IMG/VR virus record: IMGVR_UViG_3300033074_000711
Location: 32,001-96,000 of that record
Reading direction: 5' to 3' (one strand)
DNA: 64,000 nucleotides
Origin: a virus
Lineage: Duplodnaviria; Caudoviricetes
The position numbers and the translations under genes were made by a program. The notes beneath the pieces were generated by a model that made no database searches, was not told the origin of the DNA, and was given only the letters and a program-made list of their open reading frames with translations. Shown piece after piece: positions 10,517-20,200 of this stretch (positions within the stretch are counted from its first letter, which is position 1; each line of letters begins with the position of its first letter).

Positions 10517-11246
10517 AGTTAATATCCATCGGCATCATAACTGTGTCCTCGTGGCCACAATTATCACATGAATATAAAACTTTAGTATCAATACCAGGTG
10601 TAATTTTACTTATATAATTCCTTAAAGCTAATGAATCTGAACCCAATAATCTGTTATTAACAAAATTTCTAATATTTTCTTTTTTGCTATCACCATTTAT
10701 ACTATTTATCATTTTAATCAATCTTGTTGTAATTTCACCACTAACATTACTAAATTTTTTAGATGATTTTAACATTGCTTCAATTTCTTCATCATCAGCA
10801 ATTGTTAATAAACTAAAATCAACTGTGGCATTACTATATGGTAATACAAAACTGAATGAATTACTTACTACACTTTCATCAACTTCTTTAATATCTAAAT
10901 CTGATAAATTTATTTTCAATGGAACTGTTTCATTACATTGTGGGCACTTTAAAGATGTTTCATATATTTCAGTATATAATAAAATTCTACTAGCTATTAA
11001 TAATGCATTTTTATCACATAATAAAATATCACTATACTTTATATTTTCATCAACTATTAAAGATTTTAAAAATACATCCAATACCACACCTTTAGTAACT
11101 AAATTTTTACTTAATAATATATCTTCATGCCTTGCTGTTGGTTTTCTTAATTCTATTGTGCCTTTACTCAATGGACTACTAGAATCATATAATTTACCAC
11201 CACTTGGTAAACTAATAACTTCTGTTGGATATTTTTCGATATTCAA
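10497..11246 (-). CDS. T4 gp26-like baseplate hub assembly chaperone
   Basis: LPSGG..Y, EDILLS, two CxxC pairs, ends NFFWP; TTG start with TAAGGAG SD; follows the tail tube gene. Confidence 0.8.
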   Translation of the reverse strand: MNIEKYPTEVISLPSGGKLYDSSSPLSKGTIELRKPTARHEDILLSKNLVTKGVVLDVFLKSLIVDENIKYSDILLCDKNALLIASRILLYTEIYETSLKCPQCNETVPLKINLSDLDIKEVDESVVSNSFSFVLPYSNATVDFSLLTIADDEEIEAMLKSSKKFSNVSGEITTRLIKMINSINGDSKKENIRNFVNNRLLGSDSLALRNYISKITPGIDTKVLYSCDNCGHEDTVMMPMDINFFWPSK

Positions 11247-11295
11247 TTAATAACTCCTTAATTTATTTTTGTAACGTTTATTTATATAACTATTT

Positions 11296-11321
11296 AAAAT
11301 GCGCCATTTTATTGACGCATT
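11296..11321 (-). terminator. Possible terminator after the tail tube gene
   Basis: AATGCG-N12-CGCATT with T-run. Confidence 0.4.
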
Positions 11322-11324
11322 ATA

Positions 11325-11816
11325 TTAATATTCTAATACAGCATAATCAAATTCTATGGTAATAGGAATTTTATTAACTGTGTTTGTACTATTCCAGTCA
11401 CCTTTTCCATAATCAACACTTTTAATAAAAGCACCAACTATTCTCCACTCACTAACAACATCACCAACTGGACCCAAAACCTCTAAACGCAATTCTTTTT
11501 TATACATACTAGAATATCCAGCTCTACCAGTTATAGACTCATAACATAATCTTTGCCATTCTATAGCGGCTTGTGCGCCACTGGGTGAAATTGGGTCTAA
11601 TAATGTTATAGTTATCGGTTGCCAAGTACCTTTACCAGCTAATTTTCTAGTCGTATTTATATGCGGTAAGCTAACAGTATCAAAATCCATTTTAGGATAA
11701 TCTGATGATTCTATTATATATGATGGTATTCCATTAATATACATTTTAAATCGGTGCTCTTGTTTAGGTTCAAAGTCTTTAAAAAACATTTCATCTGTTT
11801 CTAATATTTTCGCCAT
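11325..11816 (-). CDS. gp19: Tail tube protein (gp19-like)
   Basis: FEPKQEHRF, W..ITITL.DPI.PSGAQA..EW, GPVGDVVSEW...GAF; follows the sheath gene. Confidence 0.9.
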   Translation of the reverse strand: MAKILETDEMFFKDFEPKQEHRFKMYINGIPSYIIESSDYPKMDFDTVSLPHINTTRKLAGKGTWQPITITLLDPISPSGAQAAIEWQRLCYESITGRAGYSSMYKKELRLEVLGPVGDVVSEWRIVGAFIKSVDYGKGDWNSTNTVNKIPITIEFDYAVLEY

Positions 11817-11838
11817 TTTAATCCTCGTTTAATTTATA

Positions 11839-11848
11839 TATAAATATA
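11839..11848 (-). promoter_or_regulatory. Putative late promoter TATATTTATA
   Basis: About 23 nt upstream of the tube ATG. Confidence 0.6.
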
Positions 11849-11856
11849 AAAAAATT

Positions 11857-11888
11857 AAAAAATGATACCATATTTCTACAGTATCATT
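11857..11888 (-). terminator. Hairpin/terminator after the sheath gene
   Basis: AATGATAC-N12-GTATCATT followed by T-run on the minus strand. Confidence 0.45.
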
Positions 11889-11896
11889 ATTGTAAT

Positions 11897-14242
11897 TTAT
11901 TCTGAAAAAGTTGTACCTGTTGGTGAAATATTAAAATCTAATTTTATAATTTCTGCCGATGGCACTGGTATAATATAAATTGCACCAATTAATTCATTTC
12001 TATCTATTACATCAGGTGTATTATTTGTTTCATCCATAACAACTTTAAAACCAGATAAACCTGACCTATTTTTAACTGTTTCTAAATATGGGTTTACTAA
12101 ACTTAAAAATTGATTTCTTAATGCACTATTATTTTGTTCAAATACTAATAATCTTGCAATATTACCAATATATTTTCTAAGTGTTAATAATAAACGTTTA
12201 ACATTAATTCTATTAACTAGTGATACTCTTTTTTGTAAATTCTTTTGGCCATATACTGATATACCTTGATTAGCAAATATAGCAATTGGATTTATTCTAT
12301 TTTCATATAAAGTATCTCTTTCTTTTTGTGTTAATCTTGTTCTAATATCAGTTGCTTCTGGTACACCACCTCTATTTAAACCTGCTGGTGCGTACCAACT
12401 TGCTGATATTCTATCATTAAAAGAAATAACACCACTTATTACAACTGACGGTGGCACCCAAGTATATTTACGTGTAATATTATCAAATATTTTAACCCAC
12501 GGGTAATATGTTGCTACAGAATTGTTATCAATACCTGATACAGAATCAACTGCATCTTGTATTGCATCATTTAATCCGCAACAATCCATTGGATAAAAAA
12601 CATCACTTCTTAAATTAGATGCATAATCTGTTACATAAGGATGTTTATTGTTTAATATACCAGGTAATATTAACATATTAATATCATATTCATCTTCATT
12701 TGATACAGCGTTTAATGCATATTTATATGCTATAGTACCTGCTGATGTTGCTGTGCTACAATCAAATCCAAAAACATTTGTATTTACAATATTTTCACCA
12801 ACAAATTTTGGTTTATTATAAGCTATTCCATCAAAGCCACCTTGAAAACCTACTGCAAATTTTAACATTTCAGTTGGCGCTAAACTACTTGATAATGAAC
12901 CAGAAAATAAAGATGAACTGGCATGACCAAATAAATTGTCTAAATTAAACGAACCACTGATATTTAATACAGCACTACCAGAATCTGATATTGAAGAACA
13001 ATATTCTAAGTTATCAGTGTTTGTAAAATCTAGACCAAATGGTATTCTTGAATTATATGTTGTTGAATTTCCTTGATATTGAGTAAATGCTAATTTTGGA
13101 TAATATGCAGAAACATTATTAATACCAGTTGGTGTTAAATAACTTGAGTGACCAAATGGTACAATTTCATTTGGTATTGAATTTAAGTTATCTGACGGAA
13201 TAACCCTAATAAATGATGATTTATTTGGATAATCACCATTTATTATTTTTTTACCAGTTGACGGTTGAAATGTTGTATATTGTGTACCAATTTTATTACA
13301 AATATAATTTTCAGAATTAGGGTCTAATGTACATCCAGAAAACGTTTCTAAAACAACAGGTTGATTATTTGTATCAGCAAAATCTCTAACAACAACATTA
13401 AATGTACCATAATCTAATGAACCAGATGCTGGTTTTTTTACATCTGAGATAACAACTTTAACTTTTTTATTCGCATAATCACCATCGGAGATTGTTGCAA
13501 ATTTAAATAAATTATAAGGGCCGCCAGAAACACTATTTTGTGATGTAATATAAGGTGTTGATGCGTACGAATAATTTTTATTAACAACAAATGAAAATCC
13601 ATTTGATTCATTACTACCAGTAACTTCAACAGAACCAGATGCTAATGCAAATATATTTGAATTATTTGAAAATAGTTTATAACAATAAAAGTTTTTAGAA
13701 ATATCATTACCATTAGTACTGGTTGGTGAACTACCAAAAACCTTTGCTACATAATTAGGACTAGATGTTAAAAAAGATGCTGATACACCAACTGAACCAC
13801 TTTTAATAATAAAGGAACTATTAGTACCAACAACTGTTAATGATGTTGCTAACAATGAACCACTATTAATTATTGTTGGTGCTAAAACAACACCGACCTG
13901 CTTACCATCACTGCCAGTGGCATTGCTACCAGAAACATACACAACATATGAATTAGCATTTGCAACTGGTATTCCTTCAGTATTTAATACTCTAACAACA
14001 TTAACTAATCCATTGTTTTTTAAATAATTTTTAACAGTTTGTGCAGTATATGAATAATCATTATTTCCACCAAATATTAAATCATATTCGTCACTTGAAC
14101 GTATTTGAACTGGCACAAAAGCGGGGCCATCTGTTGTGGGACCAATGACAGCTATACCTGTTTCACCAACACCGGGTGCAACAAATGTTTTGTCATTTTC
14201 GCTTGTGTAAACACCAGCAGATACTATTTTTTCTACAGCCAT
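11897..14242 (-). CDS. gp18: Contractile tail sheath protein (gp18-like)
   Basis: SAGVYTSEND, GPAFVP, YYPWV, WYAPAGLNRG, RINVKRL, VFEQN, NNTPDVIDRN. Confidence 0.95.
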   Translation of the reverse strand: MAVEKIVSAGVYTSENDKTFVAPGVGETGIAVIGPTTDGPAFVPVQIRSSDEYDLIFGGNNDYSYTAQTVKNYLKNNGLVNVVRVLNTEGIPVANANSYVVYVSGSNATGSDGKQVGVVLAPTIINSGSLLATSLTVVGTNSSFIIKSGSVGVSASFLTSSPNYVAKVFGSSPTSTNGNDISKNFYCYKLFSNNSNIFALASGSVEVTGSNESNGFSFVVNKNYSYASTPYITSQNSVSGGPYNLFKFATISDGDYANKKVKVVISDVKKPASGSLDYGTFNVVVRDFADTNNQPVVLETFSGCTLDPNSENYICNKIGTQYTTFQPSTGKKIINGDYPNKSSFIRVIPSDNLNSIPNEIVPFGHSSYLTPTGINNVSAYYPKLAFTQYQGNSTTYNSRIPFGLDFTNTDNLEYCSSISDSGSAVLNISGSFNLDNLFGHASSSLFSGSLSSSLAPTEMLKFAVGFQGGFDGIAYNKPKFVGENIVNTNVFGFDCSTATSAGTIAYKYALNAVSNEDEYDINMLILPGILNNKHPYVTDYASNLRSDVFYPMDCCGLNDAIQDAVDSVSGIDNNSVATYYPWVKIFDNITRKYTWVPPSVVISGVISFNDRISASWYAPAGLNRGGVPEATDIRTRLTQKERDTLYENRINPIAIFANQGISVYGQKNLQKRVSLVNRINVKRLLLTLRKYIGNIARLLVFEQNNSALRNQFLSLVNPYLETVKNRSGLSGFKVVMDETNNTPDVIDRNELIGAIYIIPVPSAEIIKLDFNISPTGTTFSE

Positions 14243-14281
14243 TTTTACTCCTTTTAATAATTAAATAAAATTTATTATATT

Positions 14282-14291
14282 TATAAATATA
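14282..14291 (-). promoter_or_regulatory. Putative late promoter TATATTTATA
   Basis: 40 nt upstream of the sheath ATG; AAGGAG SD present. Confidence 0.6.
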
Positions 14292-14311
14292 AAAAATTTT
14301 TTGATATTTAA

Positions 14312-14557
14312 TTATTTTATAAGCTCACCAGTTTCTAAATTTAATTGACCATCTCCATATTTTTTAATAATATATTCTACTATATTTTTTTCTTCTATTT
14401 TTATATCATCATAATTTTTTAATAATATTTTTTCTTCTTCTTTTAATACTTCCATATTAATTTTATTTTTACCAATTTCTAAAAATAATTTAGATAATTT
14501 TATTTGAATTTCTTTTATTTTTAAAATATCTTCTTGTTTAAGTTTTGTTACACTCAT
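14312..14557 (-). CDS. Small coiled-coil hypothetical protein
   Basis: Ends KYGDGQLNLETGE; sits between gp15-like and sheath genes. Confidence 0.65.
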   Translation of the reverse strand: MSVTKLKQEDILKIKEIQIKLSKLFLEIGKNKINMEVLKEEEKILLKNYDDIKIEEKNIVEYIIKKYGDGQLNLETGELIK

Positions 14558-14561
14558 TTAA

Positions 14562-15290
14562 TTATCCTATATTTTCTTTAATGTTAATTTTATATCTTGG
14601 TATTATTCTTTTTATAGTTGGTTTATTCATATAAAAATCTGATAAAATTTTAGCAACAACTGTAATTTTTAAATCGGCTTGAACTATTCTTTTATCATCA
14701 ACTATGTTTATTTTACTATCATAAGATTCAATATTTACATAATATTGATTTTTATTATCAATGCTCCAATATTTATTTGAATAAAATAAAAATGTAGTTA
14801 ATAATGAATCCATATGTTCTTTATATGCTGTCCAAATATTCATTGTATAATCAATTTGAACAAATTTAGCTGGTATTGCTTCATAATAGTTTATCTTTTT
14901 ATTTGGTTCATTAATTAAACTAAATAAACCATATGGATTATTTTTACCATACTTTGTACCAAAAACTATTGTATTATTGTAATCTAAATGTGGTATATTA
15001 AAACCTTCATATGGTCTAAAACCATTATCACCTATAACTATTATCGGTAATAATATTTGTTTTGTATTAGTATCTCTTATATAATTATCATTTCTAACAG
15101 CTTTACTTCTTTCAGGTGTTTGAAACTTAACAGGCACATTATAAATATTACCGTTTTCAACTATATTAGGATTTATAATAGTTTGTATGTATTTTAATAA
15201 TGTTTCATTAACATTTTTTAATGTAAAAATATTTTTTTTATTATTATTTATAGATTTTGCTATATTTTTTGATTTATTTTTATTATTCAT
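14562..15290 (-). CDS. Tail terminator / sheath stabiliser (gp15-like)
   Basis: VPV...PER, LPII, P..V.I.Y...IWT...EHM; synteny gp13-gp14-gp15-gp18. Confidence 0.7.
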   Translation of the reverse strand: MNNKNKSKNIAKSINNNKKNIFTLKNVNETLLKYIQTIINPNIVENGNIYNVPVKFQTPERSKAVRNDNYIRDTNTKQILLPIIVIGDNGFRPYEGFNIPHLDYNNTIVFGTKYGKNNPYGLFSLINEPNKKINYYEAIPAKFVQIDYTMNIWTAYKEHMDSLLTTFLFYSNKYWSIDNKNQYYVNIESYDSKINIVDDKRIVQADLKITVVAKILSDFYMNKPTIKRIIPRYKINIKENIG

Positions 15291-15738
15291 ATCTTGAAGC
15301 CATATTTAAAAATGATTTATTAGTACTAGTACAATCTAAAACTATAGTAAAATTATATCCTGGTCTATTTTGTAAATATTGATTAACTTTTGTATTTATA
15401 ACTTCATAATAAAAGTTATTCCACTCAACATAGTCGCCAACCATTGGTAACCAACCTAATTGCTCAAAAATATTCTGTTTTAATGCAAAGGTTGTTTTTG
15501 ATGTTTCGCTAACACCAATTTCACTAAAAGTTTCTGACGGTGAATCATGATTCATTAAACACTTTACTTCAACTGGCTCTAAATATGTTTTGTTAATATT
15601 TTCACCGTAAATATCATCACTCATTTCAGCTAAATTTGCTCTATAAATTCTAACACTTGTATCAACAACTTTATTAACTAATTCGTCTGAAACTGTATGT
15701 ATAAATCTATAATCTCGTTCTGTTAAAAATCTTGGCAT
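15283..15738 (-). CDS. Neck / head-closure protein (gp14-like)
   Basis: DIYGE, P.VGDYVEWNNFYYEV; synteny. Confidence 0.7.
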   Translation of the reverse strand: MPRFLTERDYRFIHTVSDELVNKVVDTSVRIYRANLAEMSDDIYGENINKTYLEPVEVKCLMNHDSPSETFSEIGVSETSKTTFALKQNIFEQLGWLPMVGDYVEWNNFYYEVINTKVNQYLQNRPGYNFTIVLDCTSTNKSFLNMASRYE

Positions 15739-15740
15739 AA

Positions 15741-16862
15741 TTATATCACAAATATTGGTAAAGGAACTTTTTGTAAAACACCTTGTAACATCTCACTTTC
15801 GTCTTTTTTATTTTCTAACTGAGATTTTTTAGAAACTTTTTCTAAATTATCTTTTAACTGTTCAATTAATGCATCTCTTTCTGCTTCACCTGAAGCTCTA
15901 AGTGAATCAGCATCTAATGAAACAGAACCATCTGGTAAAGGTATATTTTGAAATTTACCTCGTATTGTACCCAATGTTATTTTACTTATAGCTAGACAAT
16001 ATTCAAAAATCCACTGTTTACCAGCACTATTAATATTAGAATATGTTAATAAATTAAATGGTGTATCTGATATATTATTTATTTTACCTGTTGTACTTTC
16101 ATTATAACTATAAACTTCACTATCTATTGTATATTCAAACCATAATTTAAAATCACTCATTGGTCTAGGAAATAGCTTTAAAACATTATTCACAATTTTA
16201 AATGAATAATTAGCTTTTCTAATTTGGTCATTTAATTCAACGGCTTGCATTCTTAAAATATCTTCATAAACTGGTCTTAATAAATATATTTGAGAACCTT
16301 GTGTATAAGAATTAAAACCAAATGCTATTGAGTTAACAACATCATTTCCATTTCCTGTGTAAAAATCATAATTTCTTATTATTGACGGTATTGGATTGTG
16401 AAACACTTTTCTAATAGTTACACTACTTGAAAATAAACTTTTTAAATCGTAAGTTTGAACATTTGATGTGACATTTAAAGATGCACTATAATAATTAACA
16501 TGACCACCAACGCCGACAGCAGTTCCATATGAATCAGCTATTTTTATTATATTGTTAATATTATTAACCATTGCATATGGATTACTAGATGTTGGAGAAC
16601 CCTTTAATAATAAAAAATTATCTACAGCACTGTGATTATTAACCATGCTTGCAAATTTATTAATAGATTCTTCAAAATTTGAATATAATATTGTATCTGT
16701 TAATTCAACATCTTGTATTGGATATCCTAAACGCCTGCAAATCCATTTACTAACTTTTTTAGCATCTTGTGTAAATATTGTGTCAGAATCATAATACCCA
16801 AATGGTGTAGAACCTGATACTTCACCAGGATTATCATCCCAAATTACTGAATTAATATCCAT
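15741..16862 (-). CDS. Neck protein (gp13-like)
   Basis: RRLGYPIQDVEL, WIFEY.LA..K..LG.IRGKF. Confidence 0.85.
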   Translation of the reverse strand: MDINSVIWDDNPGEVSGSTPFGYYDSDTIFTQDAKKVSKWICRRLGYPIQDVELTDTILYSNFEESINKFASMVNNHSAVDNFLLLKGSPTSSNPYAMVNNINNIIKIADSYGTAVGVGGHVNYYSASLNVTSNVQTYDLKSLFSSSVTIRKVFHNPIPSIIRNYDFYTGNGNDVVNSIAFGFNSYTQGSQIYLLRPVYEDILRMQAVELNDQIRKANYSFKIVNNVLKLFPRPMSDFKLWFEYTIDSEVYSYNESTTGKINNISDTPFNLLTYSNINSAGKQWIFEYCLAISKITLGTIRGKFQNIPLPDGSVSLDADSLRASGEAERDALIEQLKDNLEKVSKKSQLENKKDESEMLQGVLQKVPLPIFVI

Positions 16863-16889
16863 TGTAATACCTATTTTAATTTAATTATT

Positions 16890-16899
16890 TATAAATATA
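16890..16899 (-). promoter_or_regulatory. Putative late promoter TATATTTATA
   Basis: Upstream of the gp13-like gene. Confidence 0.6.
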
Positions 16900-16913
16900 A
16901 AAAATATAAATAA

Positions 16914-17045
16914 TTATTCACTTTGTAACTTTTTATGCTTTCTTTTTCTATTATATAATTTAGAGGATGCCTTTACATACGGTCTTTGTGTGGGTAAAGG
17001 CATCCTAATTTTTGGTTTTTTTATTTTTATTTTAAAATTTTTCAT
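16914..17045 (-). CDS. 43-aa basic micro-protein with an ArfA-like YxRKxKH motif (not in ORF track)
   Basis: MKNFKIKIKKPKIRMPLPTQRPYVKASSKLYNRKRKHKKLQSE*; fills the intergenic gap on the operon strand. Confidence 0.6.
   Translation of the reverse strand: MKNFKIKIKKPKIRMPLPTQRPYVKASSKLYNRKRKHKKLQSE
16964..17006. repeat. Perfect 13-bp inverted repeat
   Basis: AGGATGCCTTTAC-N17-GTAAAGGCATCCT. Confidence 0.9.
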
Positions 17046-17067
17046 TTTGTAAACATTTAATTAATTT

Positions 17068-17685
17068 TTATTTTTCACTAATAGCGGTATCAAGTTGCAT
17101 AAGATTAGAATCTAAATCATCACCAAGTTCAGATAATGTTTTTAATAAAAGTTGCATTTTATCAATATCTTTTTGTTTTATACTGCCTCTATATTTAGTA
17201 CCAACTTTTTGCGGTGAAGCATTTTTAACAAGTTCTAATAAATCTCTGGCAGACTCTAATGTAAATTTATGTTTTTTTGTATATTCGCTTAATAATTTTT
17301 CATAAGTTTTTTTCAAATCATCTTCTTCATTCAACTGACTTTCTAAAATTTTTTGAACTTTTTTAGTTTTAACTAATAAAGCTTGTAATTGTTTTTTATT
17401 CTTTTCCATTTTTTCCTCGTTAACTATATTAAATAATTTATTATAAACACTTAATGCTTCTTTTTCATCTACTAACCCAGCATCAACTAATTTACTATAA
17501 TACTCTGGGTTTTCTGTTAAGTGGTCTATTGCAACTTCTTTAGCAATGTTTTTATCATTTGTATGTTCTAATTCTACATAAATTCCAACTATTAATTGAT
17601 TTTTATCTATATTAGATATATCAGTTTTATCACCTTTACCACCTGGTAGTAAATTTTCATCGCTTATTATATTTTTTAATTTCAT
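17068..17685 (-). CDS. DUF5661-like protein, probable internal head protein
   Basis: GIYVELEHT...AKEVAIDHLTENPEYYSKL. Confidence 0.65.
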   Translation of the reverse strand: MKLKNIISDENLLPGGKGDKTDISNIDKNQLIVGIYVELEHTNDKNIAKEVAIDHLTENPEYYSKLVDAGLVDEKEALSVYNKLFNIVNEEKMEKNKKQLQALLVKTKKVQKILESQLNEEDDLKKTYEKLLSEYTKKHKFTLESARDLLELVKNASPQKVGTKYRGSIKQKDIDKMQLLLKTLSELGDDLDSNLMQLDTAISEK

Positions 17686-17686
17686 T

Positions 17687-17992
17687 TTAATATATCCATT
17701 TATAATTTATTAAATCATAACTTAAAAACATCGAATCACTATTACTACCACCGCTTGTGTGTTTATAAACAAAATAAAATTGAATTTTTAAAATGTTCTC
17801 ATCGTTATTTACTTTAATACTTATAATTAATTTTATGTCATTAAATAATAATTTAAAAGTATTATCACATCTATCTGTTAAATCTAAAATATAAGGTAAA
17901 ATATTATCATTTAGTGAGTTAATATTTAATGGTATATTTAACTCACTAAATTTGTTATTAATATCTTCTAATATTTTTGTTAAATTTTTCAT
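17687..17992 (-). CDS. Hypothetical protein, paralogue of the next ORF
   Basis: IQFYFVYKHTSGGSN...YDL. Confidence 0.6.
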   Translation of the reverse strand: MKNLTKILEDINNKFSELNIPLNINSLNDNILPYILDLTDRCDNTFKLLFNDIKLIISIKVNNDENILKIQFYFVYKHTSGGSNSDSMFLSYDLINYKWIY

Positions 17993-18436
17993 TTATAATT
18001 GAATAATATAATCATCTAATTTTTTATCTGTTAAATCATAAAATATTCTATTAGTAAAACCATTTCTACCCCCGTTCGGGTGTTCATATTTAAAATTTAA
18101 CACAAATTGAATCATTGAGTGACCGTCATATCTACCACCCACGTCAACATAACTACCAGCTTGTATATTTAAAGTCATTGTTTTAAATAAGAATCCACCA
18201 ACACCTGTTATTTTTGGAGAGTAGCTGGTTTCCTCAAATTTATTTTTACCAACTTTAACATTCGGTGCTTGCATTCCTTTAGAAGTGAATAACTTCTTAA
18301 ATTCATTTATAGCCCATTGTTCATTAGTGCTATCATAATTTTTGTAACTAGCTTCATACTCATCTTCTTCGTTTAATTTGTTTTCTAACAAATTTAATGC
18401 TTTTTCTAATTTTTTTAAATCCATTTTTTTCCTCAT
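17993..18436 (-). CDS. Hypothetical protein, probable internal head protein (start may be 18424)
   Basis: IQFVLNFKYEHPNGGRN...YDL; LNEE motif. Confidence 0.6.
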   Translation of the reverse strand: MRKKMDLKKLEKALNLLENKLNEEDEYEASYKNYDSTNEQWAINEFKKLFTSKGMQAPNVKVGKNKFEETSYSPKITGVGGFLFKTMTLNIQAGSYVDVGGRYDGHSMIQFVLNFKYEHPNGGRNGFTNRIFYDLTDKKLDDYIIQL

Positions 18437-18452
18437 TAAAATATTTGTTTTT

Positions 18453-18493
18453 TATAAATATAAATATAATAAAAAAATTAACAAAAGTAAATA
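18453..18493 (-). promoter_or_regulatory. Overlapping sigma70-like (TTTACT-N17-TATATT) and late (TATATTTATA) promoters
   Basis: Same -35/-10 spacing as at 43670-43702 and 46198-46230. Confidence 0.55.
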
Positions 18494-18500
18494 GTTAAAT

Positions 18501-18535
18501 AAAAAAAATAGCGGTATTTTTAGTACCGCTATTTT
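18501..18535 (-). terminator. Rho-independent terminator after the major capsid gene
   Basis: AAAATAGCGGTA-N7-TACCGCTATTTT plus T8 on the minus strand. Confidence 0.85.
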
Positions 18536-18559
18536 AATAATATACTTACTAATCAATAA

Positions 18560-20179
18560 TTAAATAGTATCTAATCCGTGAATAATAATTCTACCATACA
18601 TTTCAGGTTTAATAACTTTTTTACCATAACGAGTGATAAATCCAAGTCTAGGTGTGAAATTATTAACATCCCAAATTAACGGAGTAGAAATCAATGGTAC
18701 ATAAGGAGCATATACAGCACCAGTTTCTAAGAAACTCTTACCTCTATATCCTGCTAACATTACATTTCTTGTCATATATGGATTTTTATAAATTGTTACT
18801 CTTTTTGAAATTGAACCAACTTTAGTGATACCTGCACCAAATACCTCTTCATCTCCAGTAGAATCTGTTTGATAACCAGGTATTGATTCTAAAATTGTTG
18901 CAACTTCAGGAGAACACTGAATAAAATTAACACCACCCATAAAAGTTTTTTGATGAATTTTATTACTAATTTTATTAATTTTTGTACCTAATGTTTGAAA
19001 CCACGTATTTTGTGTATAAGCAGTTCCTTCAAAAGATTCAGGTGCAAATCCAGAACCATTCCAAACCCAACCAGTTCTAGCTGACCAATACTCTTCTGTC
19101 GAAGCTCTGTTTAATAACATTTCTAATAACTCTAAATCAATCTCATTAGCAATTAATTTATGTATTACATCAGTTACTTCAGCTTGAGCATCGATTGAAT
19201 GGTATGCATTCAAGTCTTGCATAATTTCAGGTGTCCACATCGTTTTTAATTTTCTAGTTTTAGCAACGATTGGCTCTGATTTCATTTGTAAATCAATTTC
19301 GGGAATATCTAAAGTTGAATAAGAACCAGAAACTGTTAAATCCTCAAAATCACCACGATTATCTGCAGATGGCATTTTATAATATTGTACAGCCCAGTTT
19401 GTACCTGGTACTAAAGCGGTGGCTGAACCACTAACTAAAAATGTCACAACATAATTTGTTCCACTAGCGCTAACTGTAGTATATTCTGGTAAATAAACAA
19501 CATTAGCACTTGCTGAAGTTGGTTTAAATGCTCTAACAGCATCTGGGTCTGCATCTGAACCTAACGTTAAAGATACTTTTCTAATACCATCTGATACTGC
19601 GGATGCAGATAATCCTGAATAAAATTTAACATCAGCCCAAGAAGCAGATGCTACAGCGGCTGTTAATGAACCACTTGTATAATCATTCATTGAATATCCA
19701 AATCTACCAGCTCCATAAAAACCACCATTTATACCATTTGTTCTACCAAATAATCCAGTAGTTCCGTCATCATTGTAATCACCACCATATACTGAATTTC
19801 CTAATGTAAATCCAGGTTGATTACCCGAACCATATTTGAAATCTAAATAAAATACCAATCCAGTTGGTAAATTCATTGGTTGGATTGACAAGCAATCTTG
19901 AACTGATAAATTACCAAAAATACGTCTAACGATTGGTAAAGCTACATTTGACCATTCTTCAGTTCCATCACCACCAACTCTAGTTGATTCTGCCAATAAT
20001 TGTCTACCTTGATTTTCTAACAAAATAGCCATATTGCGCAATTTGTTTTCATCTTCGATACCTTTTAATAATCCAGTACCACTCCATTTTTTAACCAAAC
20101 CCTTTGTTGCTTCTAACAAAGCATTATACTCTGCGTTTGGTTTAATCATACTTCTTAATTCGTTTGAATATCTACCCAT
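18560..20179 (-). CDS. gp23: Major capsid protein (gp23-like)
   Basis: KWS.TGLL, LLENQ, LPIVRR, QPMNLPTGLVFYLDF, AKTRKLK..WTPE..QDLNAYH, YAPYVPL, TRYG. Confidence 0.97.
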   Translation of the reverse strand: MGRYSNELRSMIKPNAEYNALLEATKGLVKKWSGTGLLKGIEDENKLRNMAILLENQGRQLLAESTRVGGDGTEEWSNVALPIVRRIFGNLSVQDCLSIQPMNLPTGLVFYLDFKYGSGNQPGFTLGNSVYGGDYNDDGTTGLFGRTNGINGGFYGAGRFGYSMNDYTSGSLTAAVASASWADVKFYSGLSASAVSDGIRKVSLTLGSDADPDAVRAFKPTSASANVVYLPEYTTVSASGTNYVVTFLVSGSATALVPGTNWAVQYYKMPSADNRGDFEDLTVSGSYSTLDIPEIDLQMKSEPIVAKTRKLKTMWTPEIMQDLNAYHSIDAQAEVTDVIHKLIANEIDLELLEMLLNRASTEEYWSARTGWVWNGSGFAPESFEGTAYTQNTWFQTLGTKINKISNKIHQKTFMGGVNFIQCSPEVATILESIPGYQTDSTGDEEVFGAGITKVGSISKRVTIYKNPYMTRNVMLAGYRGKSFLETGAVYAPYVPLISTPLIWDVNNFTPRLGFITRYGKKVIKPEMYGRIIIHGLDTI

Positions 20180-20200
20180 TTTTGCCTCATTTTATAATAA

